33,540 nt of DNA. Origin: Patescibacteria group bacterium UBA6102 (lineage in GTDB: Bacteria; Patescibacteriota; Minisyncoccia; Minisyncoccales; UBA5738). The notes beneath the pieces are model-generated. The model was not told the DNA's origin and made no database searches. It saw only the letters and a program-made list of their open reading frames with translations. The position numbers and the translations under genes were made by a program. The stretch covers positions 1-33,540 of the forward strand of contig DIWQ01000004.1 of the NCBI GenBank assembly GCA_002423555.1, in the 5' to 3' direction. This document shows positions 16,732 to 25,913 of this stretch, one piece after another. Each line of letters begins with the position of its first letter. Position 1 is the stretch's first letter.

Positions 16732-17442
16732 ATGAGGATATTGGGATTTATACCTGCGAGAGCGGGATCAAAAAGAATATCAGGGAAGAACATCATGCCT
16801 TTAGCGGGTAAGCCTTTGCTCGCCCATACCATTGAGGCCGCCAAAAAGTCAAAATATATAAATAGGGTGTTGGTTTCGACGGATTCGGAAAATATCGCAA
16901 AAATAGCCGAACAGTATGGTGCCGAAGTTCCTTTTTTAAGGCCGGAGGAAATTTCCAGAACAGATTCCACCGAAATGCAATTCTTTGAACATGCCTTGGG
17001 TTGGCTTGTTAAAAATGAAAACTATGTTCCTGATCTGATAGTTTTGCTTTATCCGACATCGCCGTTTAGAAAGCCGGAAACTATTGATCGTGCCATTGAG
17101 AAGATTTTTGAATACCCCGATGCGGATTCTTTAAGATCGGTCAGGTTGTGTTCTGAACATCCGCATAAGATGTGGGTCATTGACAATAATTTGTTGAAGC
17201 CGTTGATTAAAAGCGAAAAATCAAGCGATCACACTCTTTCTTACCAATCACTGCCGAAAGTTTATATCCAAAATGCCAGTATTTACATTACCAAACCGAG
17301 AACCATAAGAGAGATGAAATCACCGATTGGGAATATCGTCATACCTTTCATTATGGATGAGATGGAGTCAATTGATATAAACAACCCAATTGATTTTAAA
17401 ATTGCCGAAATGGTTGCAAAAGATATGAAAATAAAAAGATAA
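16732..17442 (+). CDS. CMP-ulosonic acid synthetase (acylneuraminate cytidylyltransferase, NeuA/KdsB-like)
   Basis: RILGFIPARAGSKRISGKNIMPLAGKPLL and VLVSTDSENI, the CTP_transf_3 signature. ATG 16732 is preferred; 16714 would overlap the upstream gene. Confidence 0.8.
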   Translation: MRILGFIPARAGSKRISGKNIMPLAGKPLLAHTIEAAKKSKYINRVLVSTDSENIAKIAEQYGAEVPFLRPEEISRTDSTEMQFFEHALGWLVKNENYVPDLIVLLYPTSPFRKPETIDRAIEKIFEYPDADSLRSVRLCSEHPHKMWVIDNNLLKPLIKSEKSSDHTLSYQSLPKVYIQNASIYITKPRTIREMKSPIGNIVIPFIMDEMESIDINNPIDFKIAEMVAKDMKIKR

Positions 17443-17449
17443 AGATGCT

Positions 17450-18853
17450 ATGGAAAACAAAAAAGATTCTGTCAAAAAGCCAATATTATTTATGTCTGCT
17501 TCAACCGGCTGGGCGGTTAGGAATTTTTTTCAAACGGGCATCGTTAGGAAATTAAACGATGACTTCAAAATAGTTGTTTTTACCACATCTCAAATTAGGG
17601 AAGGCTTAGTTGGTCAGGGATATGGCGGCGATTTGACATTTATAGTTTTAGATAAGTTTTCAGAGCCTTTAGCATGGCGTTTATCAAGGCAGTTAAAAAA
17701 GAAGATTTATATGGAAAGCCGGCGAAGCGCGACTGAGACAATTTGGGAAAAATATACAAAAAGGCCGATTTATCAAAAAATTGGCGGTAAAATGATCAGG
17801 GGGTTAATCCGGATAATAAAACCGGGCAGATTACTAGATTGGATAGAGAATATTGATTTAAAAATTAATAGGAACGGCGAACTTTCGGAAATATTTCTTT
17901 CGCATCGGCCGGTTATTTTTTTTGCCACTCATGCCTCATCGTTCTTTGAAGAATCGCTGCTTAAAAATTCATTAGAGAACGGCGTTCCGGCTGTTTATAT
18001 GGTTCTAAGCTGGGATCATCTTTCAAGTAAGATTGTTTTGAATAAAAAGTACCGGTCGATTTTCGTTTGGAACAAAATGACAAAATCAGAAATTTTATCG
18101 ACCTATCCTTCTTACAATGACAATCAAATTAAAATTATTGGTGTTCCGCAGTACGATATTTACGGAAGAAAAACAAAAATTTCTCGACTTGAGTGGTGTC
18201 AGCTTTATGGATTGAATCCAAATTGGCCAGTGATACTTTTCAGCACGATGCCTCAGGTCAGGCATAACCAGCAACATATTATTATTGAAAAGCTACTGGA
18301 AGAAATTGCTAAAGGTGACAAATTGCCCAATAATTTGCAGGTTTTGATCAAATGCCATCCATTTGATAATACCGATAAATACGATTCGTTGCCGGCGAAG
18401 TATCCGGTGTCGATTTACCGGTCATCTTTGCGCCCGGGGCTATCCCAAGCCTGTTGGATTCCCTCCAAAAGGGAGATGGAGGCATCTCGGGATTGTCTTT
18501 TTTTTTGTGATATCAACATAAATATTTTTTCCACCGTAACGCTGGAAGCGGCCTATTTCGGAAAACCGATAGTCCATATCGCTTTTGATCCTTTTCCAAT
18601 AAAAAACCGGATTCCTTGCAAAGAATACTATAATTTTGAACATTTTAAAAAAATCGCCAGAACAAAAGCGGCTCGAATGGTTTATTCTTATGAAGATATG
18701 TTTCTGGCCATAAATGACTATTTAAAGAATCCTGGCTTAGATTCGGAGAAAAGGAAAGATTTGGTTAAAGAATATTTTACCGTGGAACCCGGTCTTGCTT
18801 CCGGCAATTTAGTCAAAGAATTGGTTGATTTAAAAAATACTTTGTTGAACTGA
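17450..18853 (+). CDS. GT-B-like glycosyltransferase candidate (TagF/KpsS/sialyltransferase-like, HP motif); specific function unknown
   Basis: 467 aa, soluble. LIKCHPFD carries an H-P dipeptide at 18356-18361, in a position reminiscent of the HP motif of sialyl-/beta-Kdo-/TagF-type transferases. Lies directly downstream of the cytidylyltransferase. No firm family assignment is possible by eye. Confidence 0.35.
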   Translation: MENKKDSVKKPILFMSASTGWAVRNFFQTGIVRKLNDDFKIVVFTTSQIREGLVGQGYGGDLTFIVLDKFSEPLAWRLSRQLKKKIYMESRRSATETIWEKYTKRPIYQKIGGKMIRGLIRIIKPGRLLDWIENIDLKINRNGELSEIFLSHRPVIFFATHASSFFEESLLKNSLENGVPAVYMVLSWDHLSSKIVLNKKYRSIFVWNKMTKSEILSTYPSYNDNQIKIIGVPQYDIYGRKTKISRLEWCQLYGLNPNWPVILFSTMPQVRHNQQHIIIEKLLEEIAKGDKLPNNLQVLIKCHPFDNTDKYDSLPAKYPVSIYRSSLRPGLSQACWIPSKREMEASRDCLFFCDININIFSTVTLEAAYFGKPIVHIAFDPFPIKNRIPCKEYYNFEHFKKIARTKAARMVYSYEDMFLAINDYLKNPGLDSEKRKDLVKEYFTVEPGLASGNLVKELVDLKNTLLN

Positions 18854-18855
18854 CG

Positions 18856-20259
18856 ATGGAGCATCTTATTATTTTGGCGTTATCAACGCTTGTCATATTT
18901 TTTCTCATGTTTTTGGTATGGGTTAAAACCAAAGAGATTTCTTTTATCTTTGGCCTTTTAATAGTTTTTCTTTTTACTATTCTGGGAGGCTGGATTATTA
19001 CAATTGATCTTATTTTTGATAATATCTGCAGTAAATATGGATTTAACTATTATTATTTGTTTGATAAAATGTTTCCCGTCAGCCTGGATGGCGATTATTT
19101 AATGGCAATTGTTTTTTATTCTTTGTTTGTTATTTTTATTGAATTGGCGATATTGGTTTTTGCTGCAAAGAAAAACCCGGGTGTCGGTTTGAAATTTTCT
19201 CCCTATTTTTTTTCCCATTGGCGGCTGATCTTTTTTGTAATATTTTTTTCTTTTTCCAGTTTTTTTATAATGAGGGATTTTTTGATAGAGGCAATTTCAT
19301 CGGGAACGTCAGCCTATTTTTTAACTAGATATTCTACCGATAGAATTCCTTTCTATACGATCCATCAAATATTTATTCGGATGGCTCTTTTCCCGTTAGC
19401 CGTCGGAATAGCTGTTTATTTAAGCGGAAAAAAGGGAAAATATTTTTTAGGAGGGAGCGGACATTTGATTTTTTGGAGTTATGCCGTGATTTCTTCGGTT
19501 ATTGTTGCGTATGCCGCTTTATTGGGGAACAGGAACGAATTGGTCGGAGCGGCTATCATAGGATTTCTTTTTTATATAGTTAATGCCAAAAAAATTTCTA
19601 AAATTGGATTTTTGACCGCTTTTATCGGCGTTATTGCCGCCGTTGGGGTGATTGGAATCATCCGTGGCAGCAACCCTTCTTCTTATCTGGCTAGCATGAA
19701 GCTTGGAACCCTTGTCAACGGGTTAGCAAGTATTTTAACGACTAATGAAATATTTGCCGCCCATCTTTCGATGTATGGATCTCTTCATTATGGTATTCCA
19801 TTGGTTTATGGTTACAGTTTTATCAGCTTAGCATCGTCCATTGTCCCAAGTGACCTTTGGCCGGATAGGCCGCAAAATATCTACTGGCACTATTTCAATC
19901 ATATTAATGCGGTGCCGGGACAAGGCTATGTAATCCATCATGCTACTGGATGGTATCTCAATTTTGGCTTGATAGGAATTGTTGCGGGAGCCGTTTTGAT
20001 CGGATGGCTTTGGGCAGAATGCTTTAATAGCCGAGCGTTGATAAAGGGAGGCCGGTATTTCATTTATAATGTTTTCGCGGTATTGGCCCCCACTTTGTTT
20101 ATAAGTGCTCTCCCTACTTTGATGAGGGGGGGATTGGAATCGTATAAAGCGGTGGCTTTGGAACATTTTCTATTTCCGATATTGATAGTTGTTTTTTCTA
20201 TTAAACAGATCAAAGGGTCAAATTTGAAATTAAGCGGTAATTCACCAAAGAATATCTAG
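18856..20259 (+). CDS. Polytopic membrane protein, probable Wzy-type glycan polymerase
   Basis: 467 aa, 10 or more hydrophobic segments, very AT-rich (15/60 GC in 19021-19080). Located among the flippase and GT genes. No diagnostic motif. Confidence 0.5.
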   Translation: MEHLIILALSTLVIFFLMFLVWVKTKEISFIFGLLIVFLFTILGGWIITIDLIFDNICSKYGFNYYYLFDKMFPVSLDGDYLMAIVFYSLFVIFIELAILVFAAKKNPGVGLKFSPYFFSHWRLIFFVIFFSFSSFFIMRDFLIEAISSGTSAYFLTRYSTDRIPFYTIHQIFIRMALFPLAVGIAVYLSGKKGKYFLGGSGHLIFWSYAVISSVIVAYAALLGNRNELVGAAIIGFLFYIVNAKKISKIGFLTAFIGVIAAVGVIGIIRGSNPSSYLASMKLGTLVNGLASILTTNEIFAAHLSMYGSLHYGIPLVYGYSFISLASSIVPSDLWPDRPQNIYWHYFNHINAVPGQGYVIHHATGWYLNFGLIGIVAGAVLIGWLWAECFNSRALIKGGRYFIYNVFAVLAPTLFISALPTLMRGGLESYKAVALEHFLFPILIVVFSIKQIKGSNLKLSGNSPKNI

Positions 20260-20332
20260 GCCTTTTTATTATTGTATGGCTGTTATAAGATATTATTGCT
20301 GGTGTGGCATCAACATTCACCGATAAAAAAAT

Positions 20333-21241
20333 ATGAAATACATTATAACCGGAGGGGCGGGATTTATCGGATCAAATTTGGTGGAATGTTTGTGTCGTGA
20401 AGGGAATGAAGTAATCGTAATCGGGGTTGCATCCAAAGAATTTGTTTTTGGCAAAAAAATAAAATTTTATGAAATGGAAATAAAAGATTCTGCCGTTGCC
20501 GGAATCTTTGAAAAAGAAAGACCAGAGATTGTTTATCACTTGGCGGGGCCTATCAATTTAAGGCGTCCGGTTGACGATCCGCTGTTCGGATTAAGCGCCA
20601 ATTTTTTTAATGATACTAAAAAAATACTTGATCTTGGCCAGAATTTAGGTATCAAAAAGATTGTTTTTACGTCTTCTGGGGGGGCGCTTTATGGTGCAAA
20701 TTTGCCAATTCCAACGCCGGAAAACGCAAGAGTTTTCCCCGTAACGCTTTATGGAAAGGCTAATTTAATGATCGAAGATTTAATTGAAAATTATTATGGC
20801 AAATTTGATTTTCCGTTTACGATATTGAGATTAAGCAATGTCTATGGTCCGCGCCAATGGAAACAGGGGATAGTTCCTTCTATAATTGATTCGATAATTG
20901 AAGGCAAGCAGATAATCATTAATGGTAACGGAGAACAAACTAGAGATTTCATTTATGTGGATGACGTGGTGCGGGCCTTAAAACGCGTTGCCCAAACTAA
21001 TGCGAGCGGAACCTTTAACGTAGGATCGGGAAGGGAAACAACTATTAATTTCCTTTGCGAAAGAATTTCGATGATTTTGGGGAAAAAATTGAATATTGTT
21101 TATCAAAAAGATAGTTTTTCCGGCCCCCAAAGAAGTGCGGTAGAAATTTCTAAAATTAAGAAGGAATTTGACTGGGAGCCGGAGATTTTGCTTGACGACG
21201 GCTTAAGAAAAACTATTGAATTTTATCTTCTCAAAAAATGA
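20333..21241 (+). CDS. NAD-dependent nucleotide-sugar epimerase/dehydratase (extended SDR, GalE-like)
   Basis: ITGGAGFIGSNL, SSGGALYG and YGKANLMIE (YxxxK). Confidence 0.8.
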   Translation: MKYIITGGAGFIGSNLVECLCREGNEVIVIGVASKEFVFGKKIKFYEMEIKDSAVAGIFEKERPEIVYHLAGPINLRRPVDDPLFGLSANFFNDTKKILDLGQNLGIKKIVFTSSGGALYGANLPIPTPENARVFPVTLYGKANLMIEDLIENYYGKFDFPFTILRLSNVYGPRQWKQGIVPSIIDSIIEGKQIIINGNGEQTRDFIYVDDVVRALKRVAQTNASGTFNVGSGRETTINFLCERISMILGKKLNIVYQKDSFSGPQRSAVEISKIKKEFDWEPEILLDDGLRKTIEFYLLKK

Positions 21242-22347
21242 CGGAAAAACGTATCCATATTTGCTACTTGGCGGATGCGATGAGTCCGCATACGGCTAAG
21301 ATTGCGGAATATTTCCAAGAAAAAGGTTTTAAAGTTAGCATAGTTTCTTTTGATTCCAAATATTCCGGCGAAATTGAATCGCATTACATTGAAACTGGTC
21401 TGTTCTCAAAACATAAAGTCAGATACATCGTTGGTTTATCTAAATTAAAAAAAGAAATCAAAAAAATTTGTCCCGATGTTTTACATGCAATTTACGCAAC
21501 TAGCTACGGTTTTGCAGGAGCGTGCTTGAATTTTCATCCCTATGTTATTTCAGTGATTGGATCGGACGTGGCGGTTCAGCCTAAAAAATCAGCAGTTTTT
21601 AAATGGTTATTGCAATATGCGACCGATAAAGCCGATGCAATTCATTCGCAATCGCAACACTTGACCGATGGACTGGCTCTGCTCGGTGTTGATTTGGAAA
21701 AAATTTCAACCTTTACTTATGGTGTAGAGGGCGCAATCGATGGCGCTTTCCCGTCCGTCATCGGCGCCGCGCGAAATGGGAGGACAATTGTGAGCACGAG
21801 AGCGTTTGAGCCAGTTTATAACATTAAACTTTTAATCAGCGCGATCCCTTTTGTCGTAAAAAAAATTCCAGACGCAAAATTCTTGATTATTGGCAAAGGA
21901 AGCCAAGAGAATAAGTTGAAAAATCAATCAATAAATCTTAAAATCAATCCTTCTGTGGAGTTTATTGGCAGTTTGCCTCATAAAGAGTTATTGGAGGTTT
22001 TAAAATCAGCCGATATATACGTTTCTACGTCTTTATCGGATGGCCAATCGATATCTTTGTTGGAGGGGATGGCGGCAGGTGCATTCCCGGTGGTAACCGA
22101 TATCGTAGCTAATCGGGACTGGGTGCATGATGGCGAAAGCGGTTTATTGAGTTCAGCATTCGAACCGGCAGACTTGGCAAACAAAATTATTCATGCATTA
22201 TTAGACAAGGACTTAAGAAAAAGAGCGGCTACGATTAACAAAAGAATGATTGACGAAAAAGGATCTTTTGAAAAAAATATGATGCTGATGGAAAAAATTT
22301 ATTTGGATCTGGCAGGATATAATTATCGTCCGGAAGAAAAAATATAA
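21238..22347 (+). CDS. Glycosyltransferase family 4 (GT-B, Glycos_transf_1)
   Basis: C-terminal EGMAAGAFPVVTDIVANRDWVHDGESGLL (EX7E-type motif). ATGA overlap with the upstream stop. Confidence 0.8.
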   Translation: MTEKRIHICYLADAMSPHTAKIAEYFQEKGFKVSIVSFDSKYSGEIESHYIETGLFSKHKVRYIVGLSKLKKEIKKICPDVLHAIYATSYGFAGACLNFHPYVISVIGSDVAVQPKKSAVFKWLLQYATDKADAIHSQSQHLTDGLALLGVDLEKISTFTYGVEGAIDGAFPSVIGAARNGRTIVSTRAFEPVYNIKLLISAIPFVVKKIPDAKFLIIGKGSQENKLKNQSINLKINPSVEFIGSLPHKELLEVLKSADIYVSTSLSDGQSISLLEGMAAGAFPVVTDIVANRDWVHDGESGLLSSAFEPADLANKIIHALLDKDLRKRAATINKRMIDEKGSFEKNMMLMEKIYLDLAGYNYRPEEKI

Positions 22348-22361
22348 ATAGAGTAATAAAA

Positions 22362-23360
22362 ATGGCAAATATACCTTTTGTTTCAATCGTCATCCCTTGT
22401 CGGAATGAAGAAAAATTTATTGCTCCTTGCCTTGATTCGTTGATTACTCAGGATTATCCAAAGAATTGTATGGAAATTTTGGCTATTGACGGGATGAGTT
22501 TGGACGGGACAAGGGATATCTTGGATAATTATTCTCGTAAATATCCATATATCAAATATCTGGACAATTTTCGTAAAATAACTCCTTGCGCGTTCAATGT
22601 GGGCATTAATAACTCAAAAGGGGATTTCATTATAATAATGGGAGCTCACGCGGCATACGACCGGAAATATGTGAGCAAATGCATTAATGCCGCCTTAAAA
22701 TATAATGCGGATAATGTCGGCGGTATTGTCTCGGTTGTACCCTCCGGAAAATCTTTAATTTCTTTGGCGATTGCGAAGGTTATTTCTTCATCATTCGGGG
22801 CGGGAAACGCTTATTATAAAACAAGCCGGCCAAAAATGGCTAGGGAAGTGGATACAGTTTTTGGCGGATGCTATCGTAAAGCTATTTTTAAAAAGATTGG
22901 CTTATTTGATGAAAGATTGGCAAGAAATCAGGATATGGATCTTAATATTCGTTTAAAAAAAGCCGGCGGGAAAATTGTCCTTGTTCCGGGAATAGTTTCG
23001 TATTATTATTCAAAACCCGACTTTCTGGGATTTGCCAAACACAATTTTGCGGATGGTTTTTCGGTAATATATCCATTGAGATTTGGCTTGAAAACATTTT
23101 CTTGGCGGCATCTGTTACCACTGAGTTTCGTTGTCGGATTTTTAGGATTATTGGCAATGGGAACGATGAATGTTTTATTTTTATATCTTTTAACGGCGGC
23201 AATGGGAGTGTATTTTTTACTGGATATATTTTTTTCTGCTAAAATTGCATTTGTTGAAAAAAATTTTCTTCTTTCCTTTTTCGTCTTTGCCGCTTTTTTC
23301 GTTCGCCACTTTGCTTATGGTCTTGGATCATTATGGGCGTTGATAAAAATGGCAGTATAA
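22362..23360 (+). CDS. Glycosyltransferase family 2 with C-terminal TM segments
   Basis: VSIVIPCRNEEKFIAPCLDSLITQDYP and AIDGMSLDGT, with a hydrophobic C-terminal third. Confidence 0.8.
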   Translation: MANIPFVSIVIPCRNEEKFIAPCLDSLITQDYPKNCMEILAIDGMSLDGTRDILDNYSRKYPYIKYLDNFRKITPCAFNVGINNSKGDFIIIMGAHAAYDRKYVSKCINAALKYNADNVGGIVSVVPSGKSLISLAIAKVISSSFGAGNAYYKTSRPKMAREVDTVFGGCYRKAIFKKIGLFDERLARNQDMDLNIRLKKAGGKIVLVPGIVSYYYSKPDFLGFAKHNFADGFSVIYPLRFGLKTFSWRHLLPLSFVVGFLGLLAMGTMNVLFLYLLTAAMGVYFLLDIFFSAKIAFVEKNFLLSFFVFAAFFVRHFAYGLGSLWALIKMAV

Positions 23361-23369
23361 TAATTTTTT

Positions 23370-24068
23370 ATGGAAGAAATAGAAGAAATCAAAAAAAGGT
23401 ATGAACGGCGCAAGTTGTTGTCCGAAAATACGAGATATTCTTATTTCAATAAGGGTAATCTTTTTATTGTTCAGGAAAGGCAGAGGAAACTCCTTGATCT
23501 TTTATATCGTCAAGGATTTGGGTCGCTTAGAGAAATGAAAATTTTAGAAGTGGGTTGCGGCACCGGCGGATGGTTGCGGGATTTTGTTCAATGGGGAGCG
23601 CACTCCGAAAATTTATACGGGATAGATCTTCTGAAGGATAGGATTGAAGAAGCGAAAAAAATTAATCCCAATTTCAATTTTTTATGTGCGAATGCCGAAA
23701 AGCTTGATTTTGATGACAAGTCGTTTGATATTGTGATTGTTGCGACCTGCTTCACGTCAATTCTTGATGCAAAGATGAAGAAAAATATTGCCCGGGAAAT
23801 TTTAAGGGTGGTGAAAATCGGCGGGGTCATTTTATGGTATGATTTTCGATTTGACAACCCATGGAATCCCGACGTGAAAGGCATAGAAAAAAAAGAGATT
23901 AAAGAGCTTTTTGGAGACTGCGATTATAATTTCAATCTGACGACTTTGCTTCCGCCATTGACTCGTCGCTTGGTGCCGTTGAGTCTGCTGGCGTGCGAGT
24001 TGCTTGCCAAGATTCCCTTTTTAAAAACGCATTATTTAGTTGTCATTAAAAAGAAACAATCAAAATGA
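23370..24068 (+). CDS. Class I SAM-dependent methyltransferase
   Basis: ILEVGCGTGGWLRDF motif I, IVIVATCF and GGVILWYDF. Confidence 0.75.
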   Translation: MEEIEEIKKRYERRKLLSENTRYSYFNKGNLFIVQERQRKLLDLLYRQGFGSLREMKILEVGCGTGGWLRDFVQWGAHSENLYGIDLLKDRIEEAKKINPNFNFLCANAEKLDFDDKSFDIVIVATCFTSILDAKMKKNIAREILRVVKIGGVILWYDFRFDNPWNPDVKGIEKKEIKELFGDCDYNFNLTTLLPPLTRRLVPLSLLACELLAKIPFLKTHYLVVIKKKQSK

Positions 24069-25225
24069 GGAAAGATTTTTTACCATTCCACAAAGCATCA
24101 ATCGGGGAGAAAGAGATCGGCGAAGTCGTTGATTCTTTAAGGTCGGGCTGGATTACAGCGGGGCCGAAAACCAAAAAATTTGAGGAGGAATTTACGCGCC
24201 GCGTTGGCGCGGAATATGGGGTGGCGGTCAATTCTTGCACCGCGGCGATGCATCTGGCGCTGGCGGCAATCGGGATAAAAGAAGGGGACGAAGTGGTCGT
24301 GCCGGTAATGACTTTTACCGCCACCGCCGAAGTGATCGCATATTTCAAGGCAACCCCGATTTTTGTTGATTGCGATCCCGACACTCTTCTTATGGATGTT
24401 GGCTTGTTGGAAAAAAAAATAACGCCTAAAACCAAAGCGATAATGCCCGTTCATTATGGAGGCCAGTCTTGTGACGTTGATGCCATTTTAGAAATTGCCC
24501 GGCGGCATAATTTGAAGGTTATATGGGATGCCGCCCACGCTTTTCCGACTTTTTATCGGGGTAAAAATATCGGCTCTTTTCCCGATATTGTATGTTTTTC
24601 TTTTTACGCGACAAAAACTCTGGCTACCGGAGAAGGAGGAATGGCGGTCACAAATAATAAAGAATATGCCGATAAAATGAGAGTATTGAGTCTCCACGGA
24701 ATGAACCGTGGCGCTTGGAATCGCTATTCAAAGGAAGGCTCTTGGCATTATGAGATTGTGGCTCCGGGTTATAAGTATAATCTTACCGATATCGCTTCTT
24801 CGCTGGGCTTGGTGCAATTGTCCCGCGCCGATGAACTTTTGGAGAAAAGATGCCGGGTTGCGCAATGTTATTCGGGCGCGTTTGGCGGCCGGAAAGAAAT
24901 TTCGCCGCTTGCCATAATGCCCTATGGCCAAACTGCCTGGCATTTGTTTGTGGTTAAACTTAATTTGGGAAAACTCATTATTGACCGCGCCCGGTTTATT
25001 GATGAATTAAAAAAAAGAAATATCGGTTCCAGCGTTCATTTTATCCCGCTTCATTTGCATCTTTATTGGAAAGAGACGTATGGCCTCAAAGAAAATGATT
25101 TTCCGGTGGCGTCCGCGGTTTATCGGCAAATCGTTTCGTTGCCGATATTTCCGGATATGTCCGATAAGGATGTTGATGACGTGATAACCGCGGTAAAGGA
25201 AATAATTCGTCTTTATGGAAAATAA
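24065..25225 (+). CDS. DegT/ArnB/PglE-like PLP-dependent sugar 4-aminotransferase
   Basis: FLPFHKASIGEKEIGEVVDSLRSGWITAGPKTKKFEEEF resembles the ArnB-type N-terminus. SFYATKTLATGEGG carries the PLP Lys. ATGA overlap with the upstream methyltransferase stop. Confidence 0.75.
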   Translation: MRKDFLPFHKASIGEKEIGEVVDSLRSGWITAGPKTKKFEEEFTRRVGAEYGVAVNSCTAAMHLALAAIGIKEGDEVVVPVMTFTATAEVIAYFKATPIFVDCDPDTLLMDVGLLEKKITPKTKAIMPVHYGGQSCDVDAILEIARRHNLKVIWDAAHAFPTFYRGKNIGSFPDIVCFSFYATKTLATGEGGMAVTNNKEYADKMRVLSLHGMNRGAWNRYSKEGSWHYEIVAPGYKYNLTDIASSLGLVQLSRADELLEKRCRVAQCYSGAFGGRKEISPLAIMPYGQTAWHLFVVKLNLGKLIIDRARFIDELKKRNIGSSVHFIPLHLHLYWKETYGLKENDFPVASAVYRQIVSLPIFPDMSDKDVDDVITAVKEIIRLYGK

Positions 25226-25835
25226 TATGGGGTATTCTTTTTGCAAGAGGATTTTCGATTTGTGCGGTTCATTTTTGGGGATGGTTTTTTCGGCGCCGTT
25301 CTTTGTGATTGTTTCATTGGCAATTTTAATTGACTCCGGCGGGCCGGTTTTCTTTAAACAAGGCAGGGTTGGGAAAAACGGAAAAATTTTCAAAATTTAC
25401 AAATTTCGGACTATGGTTAAAAAAGCGCCGGCGCTGGGGCAAAATTTTACAACGCCGGCAAATGACGCAAGGATTACGAAAATCGGCCATTTTTTGCGTC
25501 GCCACAACATTGATGAATTGCCGCAGTTGATTAATGTCTTGAAAGGAGAAATGAGTTTGGTCGGACCGCGTCCGGAGGTTTGGGAGATTGTTCAATTGTA
25601 TCGTCCCGAGCAAAAAAAGGTTTTGTCAGTGAGGCCCGGAATGACCGATTATGCGTCGCTTGAATTTCGCCGCGAGGGAGAAATGGTCAATAAAAGCGGT
25701 GATTTGTTCAAAGATTATACCGAAAAAATACTGCCGAAGAAAATAAGCTTGCAGTTGAAATATATTGAAAGAAAATCTTTTCGCACCGATATTGAATTAA
25801 TTTTCAAGACCGTTGCCGCAATCTTGGGAAAGTAG
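25215..25835 (+). CDS. Small monotopic phosphoglycosyl transferase (bacterial sugar transferase, PglC/WbaP-C-like), initiating enzyme
   Basis: KRIFDLCGSFLGMVFSAPFF reentrant helix, KIYKFRTM and DELPQLINVLKGEMSLVGPRP. Alternative start ATG 25227. Confidence 0.85.
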   Translation: MENNMGYSFCKRIFDLCGSFLGMVFSAPFFVIVSLAILIDSGGPVFFKQGRVGKNGKIFKIYKFRTMVKKAPALGQNFTTPANDARITKIGHFLRRHNIDELPQLINVLKGEMSLVGPRPEVWEIVQLYRPEQKKVLSVRPGMTDYASLEFRREGEMVNKSGDLFKDYTEKILPKKISLQLKYIERKSFRTDIELIFKTVAAILGK

Positions 25836-25913
25836 CTTTTTTGTTGAAATTAAGCTATATTTACCCAATCGGAAGAAATTTTGCGATCCGTCGGAGCGCA
25901 CGTGGATATTTTT

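Noticed and set aside
8653-24068. Treating the AT-rich central block or the AbiE pair as a bounded mobile element or genomic island
   Set aside because: There is no integrase, transposase, tRNA target, or terminal inverted or direct repeats at the edges. Only compositional evidence exists, so it is reported as a finding rather than annotated as a mobile_element.
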